The notes under the pieces were generated by a model, which was given only the letters and a program-made list of their open reading frames with translations, searched no databases and was not told the origin of the DNA. A stretch of DNA of 32,000 nt from Chlamydiota bacterium (lineage in GTDB: Bacteria > Auribacterota > JACPWU01), in the NCBI GenBank assembly GCA_016196885.1, contig JACPWU010000002.1, positions 1 through 32,000 on the forward strand. Reading direction: 5' to 3'. A program made the position numbers and the translations under genes. Below, piece after piece: positions 15,012 through 24,403 of the stretch. Numbering within the stretch: position 1 is the stretch's first letter; each line of letters begins with the position of its first letter.

Positions 15012-16187
15012 TTACAAAGAATGCACTTCATAAAAAAAACATTTCAAATAACGTGTTTCAGGAATGGCAGGCAAAATCGGATGATCCAATCCTTGAGTTC
15101 CGCGATAAATTTGAGAAATCATTTTTTTTGCATCGCAAGAGGCCTCTAAAAGCATCTCTTCAAAGAGCGTCTCATGAATATGATGAGAGCAAGTGGCCGT
15201 CACCAAAAGTCCACCTTCCTGAAGCATTTTCATCGCCCTCAAATTGATTTCTTTATAGCCTCCTAGGGCCCTCTGGACCGCATCTCTTTTTTTGGTAAAA
15301 GAAGGGGGGTCTAGAATAATCACATCAAATTTTTTTCCTTCCATGGAAAGCCTTTTCAGAAGGTCAAAACCATTGGCCTCCTGATCTTGCCAACGATTCA
15401 TCACGCCATTAAGTTGGGCATTTTTTCTCCCCCATTGAAGCGCTTCGTTTGAAATATCTACAGCCAATGCATTCTTGGCGCCATGTTTTAAAGCGGCCAG
15501 GGCAAATCCCCCTGTATAAGAGAAACAGTCCAAAACTTCTTTGTCCTGGACAAGAGAACTTAAGCGTTTTCGATTGTCTCTTTGATCCAGATAAAAACCT
15601 GTTTTATGACCCTGAGTGACATCCATTGCAAAGCGGGTTTGATCTTCTTCAATTTCAATAGACGGGGGGGTATTCCCAAACACGTTTCCTTTTAGAAGAG
15701 GGAGTCCCTCAAAGTTGCGTGTTTGAAAATCATTTTTTTCATAAATGGAAGAGGGGTGAAAATAATTTTGAATGATTTCGATTAAGGTATCTTTGTATTT
15801 TTCGATGCCTGCCGTCGAGATTTGAAAAACAAAATGCCCTGCATACTCATCGAGAATGAGGCCTGGCAAACCATCCGATTCACTGTTCACCCAACGCAAG
15901 GCTTGAACACCTGGAACATGTTTCTTTCGCCACATCATGGCCTGGGTTAATTTTTTTTCGAAGAAGGCCCGATCTATGGGTTCATCTTGGCGTGAAAGAA
16001 GGCGAATGGAAATCTCAGAATGAGGATTGATAAATCCCACGCCAATGAATTTTTTCCGTTCAGAATCAACATGGACGATTTCTCCAGGTTCTACGGGCGG
16101 TGTTTGCTTGATTTGAGAGCGATAAATCCAGGGATGCCCCCTTAAGACGCGTTCCAGCCCTCGGGCGTAAAGAATCACTTTTTTCAT
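15012..16187 (-). CDS. rlmI: 23S rRNA (cytosine-C5) methyltransferase RlmI family (PUA plus class I MTase)
   Basis: N-terminal LRGHPWIYRSQI PUA-type start, SAM core VLDCFSYTGGFALAA, DPPSF motif, about 390 aa. Confidence 0.85.
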   Translation of the reverse strand: MKKVILYARGLERVLRGHPWIYRSQIKQTPPVEPGEIVHVDSERKKFIGVGFINPHSEISIRLLSRQDEPIDRAFFEKKLTQAMMWRKKHVPGVQALRWVNSESDGLPGLILDEYAGHFVFQISTAGIEKYKDTLIEIIQNYFHPSSIYEKNDFQTRNFEGLPLLKGNVFGNTPPSIEIEEDQTRFAMDVTQGHKTGFYLDQRDNRKRLSSLVQDKEVLDCFSYTGGFALAALKHGAKNALAVDISNEALQWGRKNAQLNGVMNRWQDQEANGFDLLKRLSMEGKKFDVIILDPPSFTKKRDAVQRALGGYKEINLRAMKMLQEGGLLVTATCSHHIHETLFEEMLLEASCDAKKMISQIYRGTQGLDHPILPAIPETRYLKCFFYEVHSL

Positions 16188-16253
16188 AATGCATGTTCCC
16201 TTTGAGATAGGCTATTATGGACTGAAAATCTTATTTTGAACAGAGGGGGTTTT

Positions 16254-16712
16254 ATGTCGGAAGTACAAGGTTTGTCAGAAAAATTGAGGCAGGATCTTTA
16301 TGCCGCGATGAAGGTGGGAGACAAGCGCAAGGTAGAAACCTTGCGCATGGTGATTTCCGATATTAAGAAAGAAGAAATTGATCGCAAGCGTCCTTTAAAA
16401 GAAGATGAAATTTTAGCTTGGGTGAGAAGGGGAATGAAAACGCGCAGTGAATCTGTTTCCCAGTTTGAAAAAGGAGGCAGGACAGATTTGGCGGACAAGG
16501 AAAAGCTAGAAATAGAAATTCTAAAAATTTATCTTCCCCAACCATTAACGGGAGAGGCCTTGAAAAAAGCAGTTGAAGCCGTAGTCTTGAATTTAAAAGT
16601 GACTTCCAAAAAAGACATGGGTCTTGTGATGAAAACCGTAATGGCCCAATACGGATCTCAGGCGGATGGGAATGAAGTGAAAACGTTGGTGGGGCAGATT
16701 TTGGTAGAGTAA
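16254..16712 (+). CDS. yqeY: GatB/YqeY domain protein
   Basis: LSEKLRQDLYAAMKVGDKRKVETLRMVISDIKKEEID matches the YqeY N-terminus. ATG at 16254 follows GAGGGGG by 4 nt. Confidence 0.85.
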   Translation: MSEVQGLSEKLRQDLYAAMKVGDKRKVETLRMVISDIKKEEIDRKRPLKEDEILAWVRRGMKTRSESVSQFEKGGRTDLADKEKLEIEILKIYLPQPLTGEALKKAVEAVVLNLKVTSKKDMGLVMKTVMAQYGSQADGNEVKTLVGQILVE

Positions 16713-16724
16713 AGTGGGAATGCT

Positions 16725-16833
16725 CAATTCCCAATAACAAATGACAAATAAATTTCCAATTCTTCAATGTCCCATTAGATATTTGTCATTGGTTATTCAT
16801 TTGTAATTTGGATTTGGACATTGGAAATTTGAT
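16725..16833. repeat. Family C heptamer array, copy C3
   Basis: Inverted-orientation words (CAATTCC CAATAAC AAATGAC ...) followed by ATTAGAT ATTTGTC ATTGGTT (ATTC) ATTTGTA ATTTGGA TTTGGAC ATTGGAA ATTTGAT. Shares the ATTCATTTGT phase break with C2. Confidence 0.7.
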
Positions 16834-16855
16834 TCTGTGTCTTATATGATAATGG

Positions 16856-17854
16856 ATGATGGATACAAAGATGATTGGGCCTCAAACATTGCTCCTCACT
16901 TCTCAAGTTCTTCAATCCCTGGTTCATGAGCGAGACGCCCTTGAAGCGATGAAAGATGCGTTTGGGGCGCGAGTGACTCGGATGCCCTCCAAATTATATT
17001 TGGATCTTCCTTCTTTTCATGGTGACTTTAGAGCCATGCCGGGTTATATCCAAGATTTGGAAGTGTGTGGACTTAAGTGGGTCAATTCACATCCAGACAA
17101 TCTCCAGAAGAAAGAATTTCCAGCCGTGATGGGCATTCTCATTTTAAACGACCCTAGTACGGGATTCCCTTTGGCTATTCTAGATGGCACTTTTATTACC
17201 CGCATGAGAACGGGAGCTGCGGGGGCATTGGCTTCTCAATATTTGGCGAGAAGTGATTCCAAAATTCTTGCTTTGGTCGGATGTGGTGTTCAGGCCGAGG
17301 CTCAAATGAAGGCCCATTTGCCTCTGTTTCAATTTTCTGAAATTCGAGTCTGGGGATTGGAAAAGAAAATGGCTCAAACCTTTCTTGAAAAAATGAAGCC
17401 TGTTTTTTCTTCCATTCTTGTTTGTGATTCTGCTCAATCTTGTGTAGAGGGAGCCGACATTATCTGTACCACCACGCCTTCTCGTAAGCCTTTAATCGAA
17501 TTTTCTTGGCTGAAAAAAGGATGTCATATCAATGCCATGGGCGCAGATGCTCCGGGGAAACAAGAACTCCATCCTATGATCTTGAAAAAAAGTGTTTTGG
17601 TGATTGATGAAGAAGATCAATGTCTGCATGGAGGGGAGATGAATGTCGGATATGCCCAGGGTGTTCTTGAAAAATCAGATATAGATGCAACCTTAGGTGA
17701 AATTGTTTTAGGCTCAAAAAAAGGGCGGACGACTTCAGAAGAAATCACTGTATTTGATTCCACGGGCCTCGCCGTTCAAGATTTGGTCTTAGGAAAAAGG
17801 GCTTATGAAAAGGCATTGAAAGAAGGTTTAGGACAATGGGTCTCATTTTTTTGA
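16856..17854 (+). CDS. ornithine cyclodeaminase/mu-crystallin family enzyme
   Basis: ITRMRTGAAGALASQYLAR followed by Rossmann LALVGCGVQAEAQ, and INAMGADAPGKQEL. About 330 aa. Confidence 0.85.
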   Translation: MMDTKMIGPQTLLLTSQVLQSLVHERDALEAMKDAFGARVTRMPSKLYLDLPSFHGDFRAMPGYIQDLEVCGLKWVNSHPDNLQKKEFPAVMGILILNDPSTGFPLAILDGTFITRMRTGAAGALASQYLARSDSKILALVGCGVQAEAQMKAHLPLFQFSEIRVWGLEKKMAQTFLEKMKPVFSSILVCDSAQSCVEGADIICTTTPSRKPLIEFSWLKKGCHINAMGADAPGKQELHPMILKKSVLVIDEEDQCLHGGEMNVGYAQGVLEKSDIDATLGEIVLGSKKGRTTSEEITVFDSTGLAVQDLVLGKRAYEKALKEGLGQWVSFF

Positions 17855-17873
17855 GGGTGTGATATAATGAAGT

Positions 17874-18758
17874 ATGATTTTCCTCACAGGTTCTACAGGT
17901 TTTTTAGGTCGGCATCTCGTGCCTCTCTTAAAAGAAAGAGGCCTTCAAACCCGCTGTTTAATTCGTGAAAATTCTAAAACGGATTGCCTGGGTGATTCCT
18001 GCGAAGACAAGGTGATCGGGGATATTTTAAACGAAGCCTCTTTGAAATATTGCATGAGGGGTGTGGACACTGTGATTCATCTGGCTGGCGTGCGCATGGA
18101 AACGGGCCCGGCAAGCTTTGAAGGTATTTTTTATTTGGGCACGCGTCACGTGGTGGATGTGGCCAAGGCCAGTGGCGTGAAGCGATTTATTTTCTTGAGC
18201 ACGTATGGGGCTCGACCCAAGGCCAAGAGCCGTTTCCATCATTTTAAATGGCTGGCGGAAGAATATCTCAAACACAGCGGCTTAAAATACACCATTCTTC
18301 GCCCCACCGTGATTTATGGTTCCTCGGACCATTTTGTCACTCGCTGGGCAAGAAAATTAAAGGTCTTGCCCATCGTTCCCATTTTAGGCAAGGGTGGAAA
18401 TTTGTTACAGCCCATTTATGTTGAAGATGTGGCTCGATGTGTGATCCAGTCCTTAGAAGATCCAGCCAAAAGTGAAAAAATTTATGAGTTGGGAGGGCCG
18501 GACCGCCTCGCCTTTAGAAAAATTGTTCGCTTGATCGGTGAGATTTCAGGACATCGGCGGAGGCTTTTTTATTGGCCTTTGTCCTGGGTCAAGGCCTTCG
18601 CCTATTTTATGGAACTTCTGTTTCCGCATCCCCCTTTTACCTCTGATGAAATGCTCCGTTGGATGGAAGACCGCGTTTGTGACCATCACGTGATTGAAAA
18701 AGAGTTTGGGTTAAAGTTGACGCCGTTTCAGGAAGGATTGAAAAAGTTCCTGAAATAA
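17874..18758 (+). CDS. NAD(P)-binding atypical SDR (NDUFA9/NmrA-like)
   Basis: N-terminal Rossmann MIFLTGSTGFLGRHLV, ILRPTVIYG segment, about 295 aa. Confidence 0.8.
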   Translation: MIFLTGSTGFLGRHLVPLLKERGLQTRCLIRENSKTDCLGDSCEDKVIGDILNEASLKYCMRGVDTVIHLAGVRMETGPASFEGIFYLGTRHVVDVAKASGVKRFIFLSTYGARPKAKSRFHHFKWLAEEYLKHSGLKYTILRPTVIYGSSDHFVTRWARKLKVLPIVPILGKGGNLLQPIYVEDVARCVIQSLEDPAKSEKIYELGGPDRLAFRKIVRLIGEISGHRRRLFYWPLSWVKAFAYFMELLFPHPPFTSDEMLRWMEDRVCDHHVIEKEFGLKLTPFQEGLKKFLK

Positions 18759-18923
18759 CATGAATTTCTAACCACATAACTCATTCTCTAGCAGTTTATT
18801 GTATAGTGTCCTGACCCCCCCATTTCACATTAAACTTTCTGCTTCCCTGTTTGTCTAACTCTTCTGATCGCGCTTACTAAAAGATCAGATGATGAAGATG
18901 TAGTTTTTGATAAAATTATTTAG

Positions 18924-18956
18924 AAAAAAAGAAATCTCCCATTTGGATTTATTTCT
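18924..18956 (-). terminator. weak AT-rich intrinsic terminator candidate
   Basis: On the minus strand AGAAAT-N15-ATTTCT is followed by a T-run of about six and overlaps the stop of the 46-codon ORF. The stem is short and AT-rich. Confidence 0.3.
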
Positions 18957-19089
18957 TGCACTTGAGCTCCAAAACTGTTTTTCGAACTTTCTCGACCCAA
19001 TGTATCTTTTCAGCCCAGGAAAGTAATCGACGATTCTTCTGCCACTGTGCTTGCCGCTTAAAGAGTTCTTCAATACTTTGATTATTCAT
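18949..19089 (-). CDS. 46-aa ORF translationally coupled to the upstream nucleotidyltransferase-fold gene
   Basis: Not in the ORF track (under 60 aa). Its ATG at 19089 lies inside ATGAATAA, which also holds the upstream gene's TAA stop. Product MNNQSIEELFKRQAQWQKNRRLLSWAEKIHWVEKVRKTVLELKCKK is basic and helical-looking. Confidence 0.45.
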   Translation of the reverse strand: MNNQSIEELFKRQAQWQKNRRLLSWAEKIHWVEKVRKTVLELKCKK

Positions 19090-19594
19090 TTAAGAATCTC
19101 CTCTGAAATTTATCCCAGGCGTCGGACAAATTGTGTCTCTGAGCAAGCTCATTAATTTGCTTAGGTTGAACGCTTCCGGATTCCAATAGAGCAAGGATCC
19201 TTGCAAAATCCTTGGCTCTGCCGACGCTCAATGCAATCACAGCCAGGTAATCAGCTTGTACAACCCGGAAAGGGACGCCCTCGAAATCAGCGGTTTCTGC
19301 TTTTTCCATAGCTTCCCGTGTGAGTGGACTGAAGACCGGAATAAACTGAACCGGCCATTCACCCACTCTAATGGCTTCGCCCTCTGGAAGATATCCCTTT
19401 TCATGACAAAAATGATAGACAGGACTTAATAAATCTAGGCGATTCTCCTCAGTCTCTATGGAAACAAGTAGGTCTGCATCCAGAGTTGTTACCGGTTCTG
19501 TATAACGTATTTGGGCGGTTGCACCAAACAGGGCGTAGTTCGTAATCACGCCGGCTCGACACATTTCATTGAGCAATTCCGCAATTTGTTTCAC
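19082..19594 (-). CDS. nucleotidyltransferase-fold protein (minimal NTase family, function unknown)
   Basis: FGATAQIRYTEPVTTLDADLLV fits the G-x-(9-13)-DxD NTase signature. The C-terminal VVQADYLAVIALSVGRAKDFARILALLE resembles the GR-KD helix of small NTase or abortive-infection-type proteins. GTG start. Confidence 0.65.
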   Translation of the reverse strand: MKQIAELLNEMCRAGVITNYALFGATAQIRYTEPVTTLDADLLVSIETEENRLDLLSPVYHFCHEKGYLPEGEAIRVGEWPVQFIPVFSPLTREAMEKAETADFEGVPFRVVQADYLAVIALSVGRAKDFARILALLESGSVQPKQINELAQRHNLSDAWDKFQRRFLNE

Positions 19595-19699
19595 TCAAAC
19601 ACCACATTCATATATTTATACATTATACCCGAAGGGCAGGGTGATGAATATACATATGACGACAATTCTGGAGACCGAGGAATGAGTGAATCATTGAAT

Positions 19700-21271
19700 C
19701 TAAGCCGTATATTCCCCAAAAACTTCTTTCAGGGTTCTCACGATTTCTCCAAGGGTTGCTCGAGCCTTCACAGCTTCTAGAAAAAGGGGAATCAAATTTT
19801 CCTTGCTTGAGGCTGCTTTTTGGATGCGTTTCAGATTTTGCTCGACAGCAGCATTGTGACGCGATTTTTTCAATTTGCGCAGTTTCTCTTTTTGAATTTT
19901 CTCTACTTTAGGATCGACAGTTAAAATTTTCATGCGAGGGATCTTCGTTTCTTGATACTGGTTGACCCCCACAATGATTCTCCTTTTTTCTTCAATGTCT
20001 TTTTGATATTGAAAAGCGCTTTCTGCAATTTCTTTTTGAAACCATCCCTGACGAATGCCTTCTTCAACGCCTCCAATAGATTGAATGCGGTCAAAATAGT
20101 CGAGAACGCCTCTTTCTATTTTATCGGTCAGCCATTCTACATAATAAGAACCGCCCAGAGGGTCTGTGACAGACGTAACGTTGCTTTCATGGGCAATGAT
20201 TTGCTGCGTTCGAAGTGCCAAGGTTACCGCTTTTTGAGTGGGAAGGGCCAGGGCCTCGTCCATGGAATTGGTGTGCAGAGATTGTGTGCCGCCCAGAACG
20301 CCTGCGAGGGCCTGCAAGGCAGTCCTTGTTAAATTGTTTTCAGGCTGTACAGAAGTCAGGCTGCAGCCTGCGGTTTGAACATGCAGTCTCAAGAGCAAGG
20401 TCTTTTCCTCTTGGGCGCCGTATTCTGTTTTAAGGATTTTGGCCCAGAGGCGCCGCGCGGCCCGGTATTTTGCAATCTCTTCAAAAAAATCATTGTGTGC
20501 GTTCAGAAAAAAACTCAGACGATTTGCAAAGTCATCCACTTTAAGACCCCGCTCTAGCCCTAGATTTAAATAGCGTTTGGCGTCTGATAGTGTAAAGGCA
20601 AGTTCTTGAATCGCAGTCGCTCCCGCTTCTCGAATGTGATAACCACTGATCGAAATGGGATACCAGCGGGGGACTTCTTTGGCGGCAAATTCGATCATGT
20701 CTCCAATCAAGCGTAGCCCTGGCTCGACAGGAAAAATGTAAGTATTCTGGGCGATGTATTCTTTCAAAATATCATTTTGAATGGTTCCCCGAATTCTTTT
20801 GAAAGAAGCACCTTGCTTCTCAGCGACTGCCAGAAACATGGCCCAGATAATGGAGGCTGGGGCATTGACCGTCATGGAAGTAGAAATTTGTTCCAGACGA
20901 ATGCCTTTAAAAAGCTCTAGCATATCTTCAATGGAATCAATGGCCACACCATCTTTTCCCACTTCTCCATGAGATTGCGGATGATCAGAATCCAGGCCCA
21001 GCAAGGTAGGCAAATCAAAGGCGATGGAAAGACCGGTCTGACCCCTTTTCAAGAGATATTTGAGCCTTCGATTGGAGTCTTTGGCCGAACCAAAGCCTGC
21101 AAATTGACGAAAGGTCCACATTTGGGAGCGGTATCCCAGACTTGAAAGTCCTCGGGTAAAAGGATATTCACCGGGCTTTTCCTTTTTGGAGTCAAAATCC
21201 TTTTCATCGTAAAAAGACTTTAAAGGAATGTTGGAATATGTGTGATAATCAGGAGCTTTTTTTTCTTCCAT
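19700..21271 (-). CDS. methylmalonyl-CoA mutase family, catalytic (large) subunit
   Basis: EYPFTRGLSSLGYRSQMWTFRQFAGFGSAKDSNRRLKYLLKRGQTGLSIAFDLPT is the mutase N-terminal signature. About 520 aa with no B12 domain (split type). Confidence 0.92.
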   Translation of the reverse strand: MEEKKAPDYHTYSNIPLKSFYDEKDFDSKKEKPGEYPFTRGLSSLGYRSQMWTFRQFAGFGSAKDSNRRLKYLLKRGQTGLSIAFDLPTLLGLDSDHPQSHGEVGKDGVAIDSIEDMLELFKGIRLEQISTSMTVNAPASIIWAMFLAVAEKQGASFKRIRGTIQNDILKEYIAQNTYIFPVEPGLRLIGDMIEFAAKEVPRWYPISISGYHIREAGATAIQELAFTLSDAKRYLNLGLERGLKVDDFANRLSFFLNAHNDFFEEIAKYRAARRLWAKILKTEYGAQEEKTLLLRLHVQTAGCSLTSVQPENNLTRTALQALAGVLGGTQSLHTNSMDEALALPTQKAVTLALRTQQIIAHESNVTSVTDPLGGSYYVEWLTDKIERGVLDYFDRIQSIGGVEEGIRQGWFQKEIAESAFQYQKDIEEKRRIIVGVNQYQETKIPRMKILTVDPKVEKIQKEKLRKLKKSRHNAAVEQNLKRIQKAASSKENLIPLFLEAVKARATLGEIVRTLKEVFGEYTA

Positions 21272-22181
21272 GAAACGCCTCCGCTAGAATTTTTTTTGCC
21301 CCTTCGTAAGGATTCTTTAAAAATTGTTTTGGGGCATGTTCAAGTTTCCGGTGGACGCGTTGCCAAGTCATGGACAAAGTCCAAAGGAGACATTCGAGTT
21401 CTTGATGAGATTTCCTTCTTTGATCGATTAATCCATGTGTTCTTAAAAAGTGGTGATGTTTCTCAATGGCTTCAAACAGCTCGTCCATTCCCTGACCATT
21501 CTGTGCAGAAGTGAGCATAATAGGGGGTTTCCAGCCTGTGTGTCCTCGGTCTTTCAGTTCATGCATGAGTGCATATTCCAATGGCTTGGCTCCTGGACGG
21601 TCCGCTTTATTAATGACAAAAATATCAGCCCATTCAATGAGACCCCGCTTCATCATCTGAATTTCATCTCCTCCTTCAGGTGAAAGGACGAGAACTGTTG
21701 TATCGGCCAAATGCTGAAGAGACCAGTCCGATTGACCCGCTCCTTGCGTCTCAATCAGGACGCAACCAAAGCCAAAAGCCCCCAAGGCTCGGGCCATGGT
21801 TTTAGCGGTAATATAGCCAGAAAAGGGAGTTCCTCTGGGTGCAAAACTTCTAAAAAAAAGGCGAGGGTGCTGGGCCTTTTCTTTTAAACGAATCCGATCT
21901 CCTAAAAATGCGCCCCCTGAAATAGAACTGCGAGGATCCATGGCAATGATTCCTACATATTGTCCTCGGGCCAAAAAATCTGTGAGCTGGGCTACCAAAG
22001 AGCTTTTACCTACGCCTGTTGAGCCAGTCAGGGCAATGGTGTAAATTTGGGAATCGCTCTCATAAATTTTCTTCAAGAGGTCATCGTCTAGAGGGCCTCT
22101 CTCTAAAAGGGTTAGAATGCGGGCCACGGCTTGTTCTTCTCCGCGAAGCGCTTCTTTGAAAAAACTTTGCCAGCCTTTCAT
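21249..22181 (-). CDS. meaB: methylmalonyl-CoA mutase-associated G3E GTPase
   Basis: P-loop GSTGVGKSS, ETQGAGQS switch region, INKADR specificity motif. Its 3-prime end overlaps the mutase gene by 23 nt. ATG at 22181 preferred over the track's upstream GTG at 22229. Confidence 0.9.
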   Translation of the reverse strand: MKGWQSFFKEALRGEEQAVARILTLLERGPLDDDLLKKIYESDSQIYTIALTGSTGVGKSSLVAQLTDFLARGQYVGIIAMDPRSSISGGAFLGDRIRLKEKAQHPRLFFRSFAPRGTPFSGYITAKTMARALGAFGFGCVLIETQGAGQSDWSLQHLADTTVLVLSPEGGDEIQMMKRGLIEWADIFVINKADRPGAKPLEYALMHELKDRGHTGWKPPIMLTSAQNGQGMDELFEAIEKHHHFLRTHGLIDQRRKSHQELECLLWTLSMTWQRVHRKLEHAPKQFLKNPYEGAKKILAEAFHGRKKSS

Positions 22182-22234
22182 GAATGTTGTCCGTTCCCTT
22201 GGGGCCACTCTAGTGGATGAAAAAGACACAACGT

Positions 22235-22333
22235 GTCATCCCGAGAACCCAGCCCTTTGTTAACAAAGGGCTGGGGACGAGGGATCTTGTTTTTGAAGTC
22301 AAGGACAGGATTTCTCGCTTCGCTCGAAATGAC
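22235..22333. repeat. composite palindromic element G
   Basis: GTCATCCCGAG (22235-22245) versus CTCGAAATGAC (22323-22333) are inverted. Perfect 28-bp palindrome CCCAGCCCTTTGTTAACAAAGGGCTGGG (22248-22275). Lies inside the mutase operon between the B12 subunit and meaB. Confidence 0.65.
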
Positions 22334-22373
22334 ATTGTGATGGAGTTGTTCAAGTCTGCTTTTATCCTCATAG

Positions 22374-22787
22374 TTATTCCGATTGAAGGAGTTTTTCTTT
22401 AAGGAAATGAATAATGTCTTCTGTCGAGGTGTCCGGGCCCCAAAGTTTATTCACCCCTTTTTTCTCCAATTTTTCAATGTCTTCAGGTGGGATAATGCCG
22501 CCACCAATGAGGAGCATGTCTGTTAACTTTTTTCTCTTACGCAATTTTAAGAGTTCTGAAAAAAGAGTCATGTGAGCCCCTGAAAGAATGCTAATCCCGA
22601 TCGCATCCACGCCTTCTTGCAGAGCCGCATCCATAATGGCCTCTGGGGTTTGCTTAATGCCTGAATAAATCACGTCCATCCCTGCATCTCTGAGGGCACG
22701 GGCAATCACTTTAATCCCGCGATCGTGGCCGTCCAGACCCACCTTGGCGAGAAGAATCTTGATTGAACTCAAACCTTTTTGTGCCAT
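22374..22787 (-). CDS. methylmalonyl-CoA mutase B12-binding (small) subunit
   Basis: KILLAKVGLDGHDRGIKVIARALRDAGMDVIYSG carries the DxHxxG cobalamin-binding motif. About 137 aa. Confidence 0.9.
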   Translation of the reverse strand: MAQKGLSSIKILLAKVGLDGHDRGIKVIARALRDAGMDVIYSGIKQTPEAIMDAALQEGVDAIGISILSGAHMTLFSELLKLRKRKKLTDMLLIGGGIIPPEDIEKLEKKGVNKLWGPDTSTEDIIHFLKEKLLQSE

Positions 22788-22818
22788 TTAGACTCCTTGT
22801 GAAAGTGTCCGTTTGACC

Positions 22819-23745
22819 TTATCCACGAACTGATATGCCCACAGTTTTAAACGCCTTTAAGTTTTTTCTTAAAGTTGCCGATTGAGAATTTTCCTTGATG
22901 AAGGAAAGGGCCTCTTCACAAGTTCGAATGGCATTCCCAAAATCCTTTCTCTCAAAAAAAGAATTTGCAAAAATGAGGTAAAGGTCTGTTAAAAGTGCAG
23001 CCAGGTCCGGAAGATCGGGATCCAAGATATAGGCCTTGAGATAAAAGGGGAGGGCCTGGAGGTATCTTTCCTCATGAATCCAATAAATTCCTTGATTGTA
23101 ATAAATCACGGCAATCAGGGCGACCCCTTTCACAGTTCTTTTTCCTTTCCAGGTTTGAAGATGACTGTTATAAATGAACTCGTTGCGCTGGACAACCCGT
23201 GTGCTCCCGGAAATCAAGCATCCATGGGGTGATGTGGTTTCTACTTCAATATTCTTTCGCGAAATAGGATCCAAAAAAATCGAGAAGACATGGGTAGGAA
23301 CTTCCCTTGCGGCGGTTGAAATGCCAAACCGCTCGCAAAGAATGTTAAAAAGCAAAGTCGCAGACACGCAATTGTAAAGTCCCTCCCTTAAGGTCTTTTG
23401 GATCTCTGTCGCTGTGGGATGATATTTTTTAAAAACACGCGCGTGCAAAAATAAAAGAATCACTTGGGCTTTTTGATTGGAGGAAAGTCTTTTCATGGGA
23501 TACGCGAGAACCAATTGATTGTAAAATGAATCTATTTTCTGGATGTAGCGGGGAAGATCTTTTTGGGAGACACCCGAGGCGATCAGCGCGGCCTGCTCTA
23601 GGCTCAGGCGGTCCAGACGCTTATCTTGAGCGTCTTCGAACAAAGCCTCTTCCAAGGAACCTCTGGGGAGTTTGAGAGGAGAGGCTGAGAGCAAAGGGGT
23701 ACTCGTGAGGAAGACCAGTATGAGAAGAGTCGCCCAAATTTTCAT
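22819..23745 (-). CDS. secreted transglutaminase-like plus TPR protein (SirB1-like)
   Basis: Signal-like MKIWATLLILVFLTSTPLLSA. Cys/His core GLYNCVSATLLFNILCERFGI...VPTHVFS. TPR-like C-terminus. ATG at 23745 preferred over the track's TTG at 23790. Confidence 0.65.
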   Translation of the reverse strand: MKIWATLLILVFLTSTPLLSASPLKLPRGSLEEALFEDAQDKRLDRLSLEQAALIASGVSQKDLPRYIQKIDSFYNQLVLAYPMKRLSSNQKAQVILLFLHARVFKKYHPTATEIQKTLREGLYNCVSATLLFNILCERFGISTAAREVPTHVFSIFLDPISRKNIEVETTSPHGCLISGSTRVVQRNEFIYNSHLQTWKGKRTVKGVALIAVIYYNQGIYWIHEERYLQALPFYLKAYILDPDLPDLAALLTDLYLIFANSFFERKDFGNAIRTCEEALSFIKENSQSATLRKNLKAFKTVGISVRG

Positions 23746-23789
23746 GTATGTACTTTCATTAGAATAAAACGAGCGGAAGTTGTCAAGCA

Positions 23790-24371
23790 ATGGTAGAGAT
23801 CCTTTTAGATTATAAAGCGCTGGAAAGTTTTCAAGGATGGGAGGGCGTGTTTGGAAAAAAGGCCCCTCTCAAAGTGGACATGGGTTGCGGCAAGGATCCT
23901 TTCTTGATTCAATGTGCAATGAAGGATCCCAAATCTCATTTCATTGGGGTCGAGCAAGATTCTAAGATCGCCTACCGCTTCGAGAACAAGGTGAGAAAAA
24001 GCGGCCTTGAAAACATTCGCGTTCTTCATTTCGAAGGGCATTTCGCTTTGCAAAGATTTTTTCTCCCTGAGAGCATTGACCATTTCTTTCTGCAGTTTCC
24101 GGATCCTTGGCCTAAAAAAAGGCATGTCAAAAGGAGAATTTTGAGTGTGGCATTTGTCAAAGAATTATGGCAGAAATTGAAACCTACCGGAGAATTTTTT
24201 ATCGCAACGGATGTTCAAGAAATTGCGCAACTGGGACAAGAGGTGGTTGGACAGGCCGGAGGCTTCGAAAGAATGAGCGACGAAAAGCCTTATCCCTTTT
24301 TGACGCTTTACGAGGAAAAATTTTTAAAGCAGAAACTGCCGATTTATTATCAGAGGTACAAGAAGGTTTAA
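23790..24371 (+). CDS. trmB: tRNA (guanine-N7)-methyltransferase
   Basis: VDMGCGKDPFL SAM motif, HFIGVE, and FPDPWPKKRHVKRR signature. Confidence 0.9.
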   Translation: MVEILLDYKALESFQGWEGVFGKKAPLKVDMGCGKDPFLIQCAMKDPKSHFIGVEQDSKIAYRFENKVRKSGLENIRVLHFEGHFALQRFFLPESIDHFFLQFPDPWPKKRHVKRRILSVAFVKELWQKLKPTGEFFIATDVQEIAQLGQEVVGQAGGFERMSDEKPYPFLTLYEEKFLKQKLPIYYQRYKKV

Positions 24372-24403
24372 TCTCTAGTAGTTTGTCCGAAAACTCTGTT
24401 TTT

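Noticed and set aside
22217-22402. 61-aa ORF (…VIPRTQ…SRFARNDI…) between the mutase genes.
   Set aside because: It is the translation of palindromic element G. It lies on the strand opposite to the operon and overlaps the 3-prime end of the B12-subunit gene.
22230-22818. A cobalamin riboswitch associated with the B12-dependent mutase operon.
   Set aside because: The spacers are only 31 bp (upstream of the B12 subunit gene) and 144 bp (filled by palindrome G). I saw no B12-box-like sequence.
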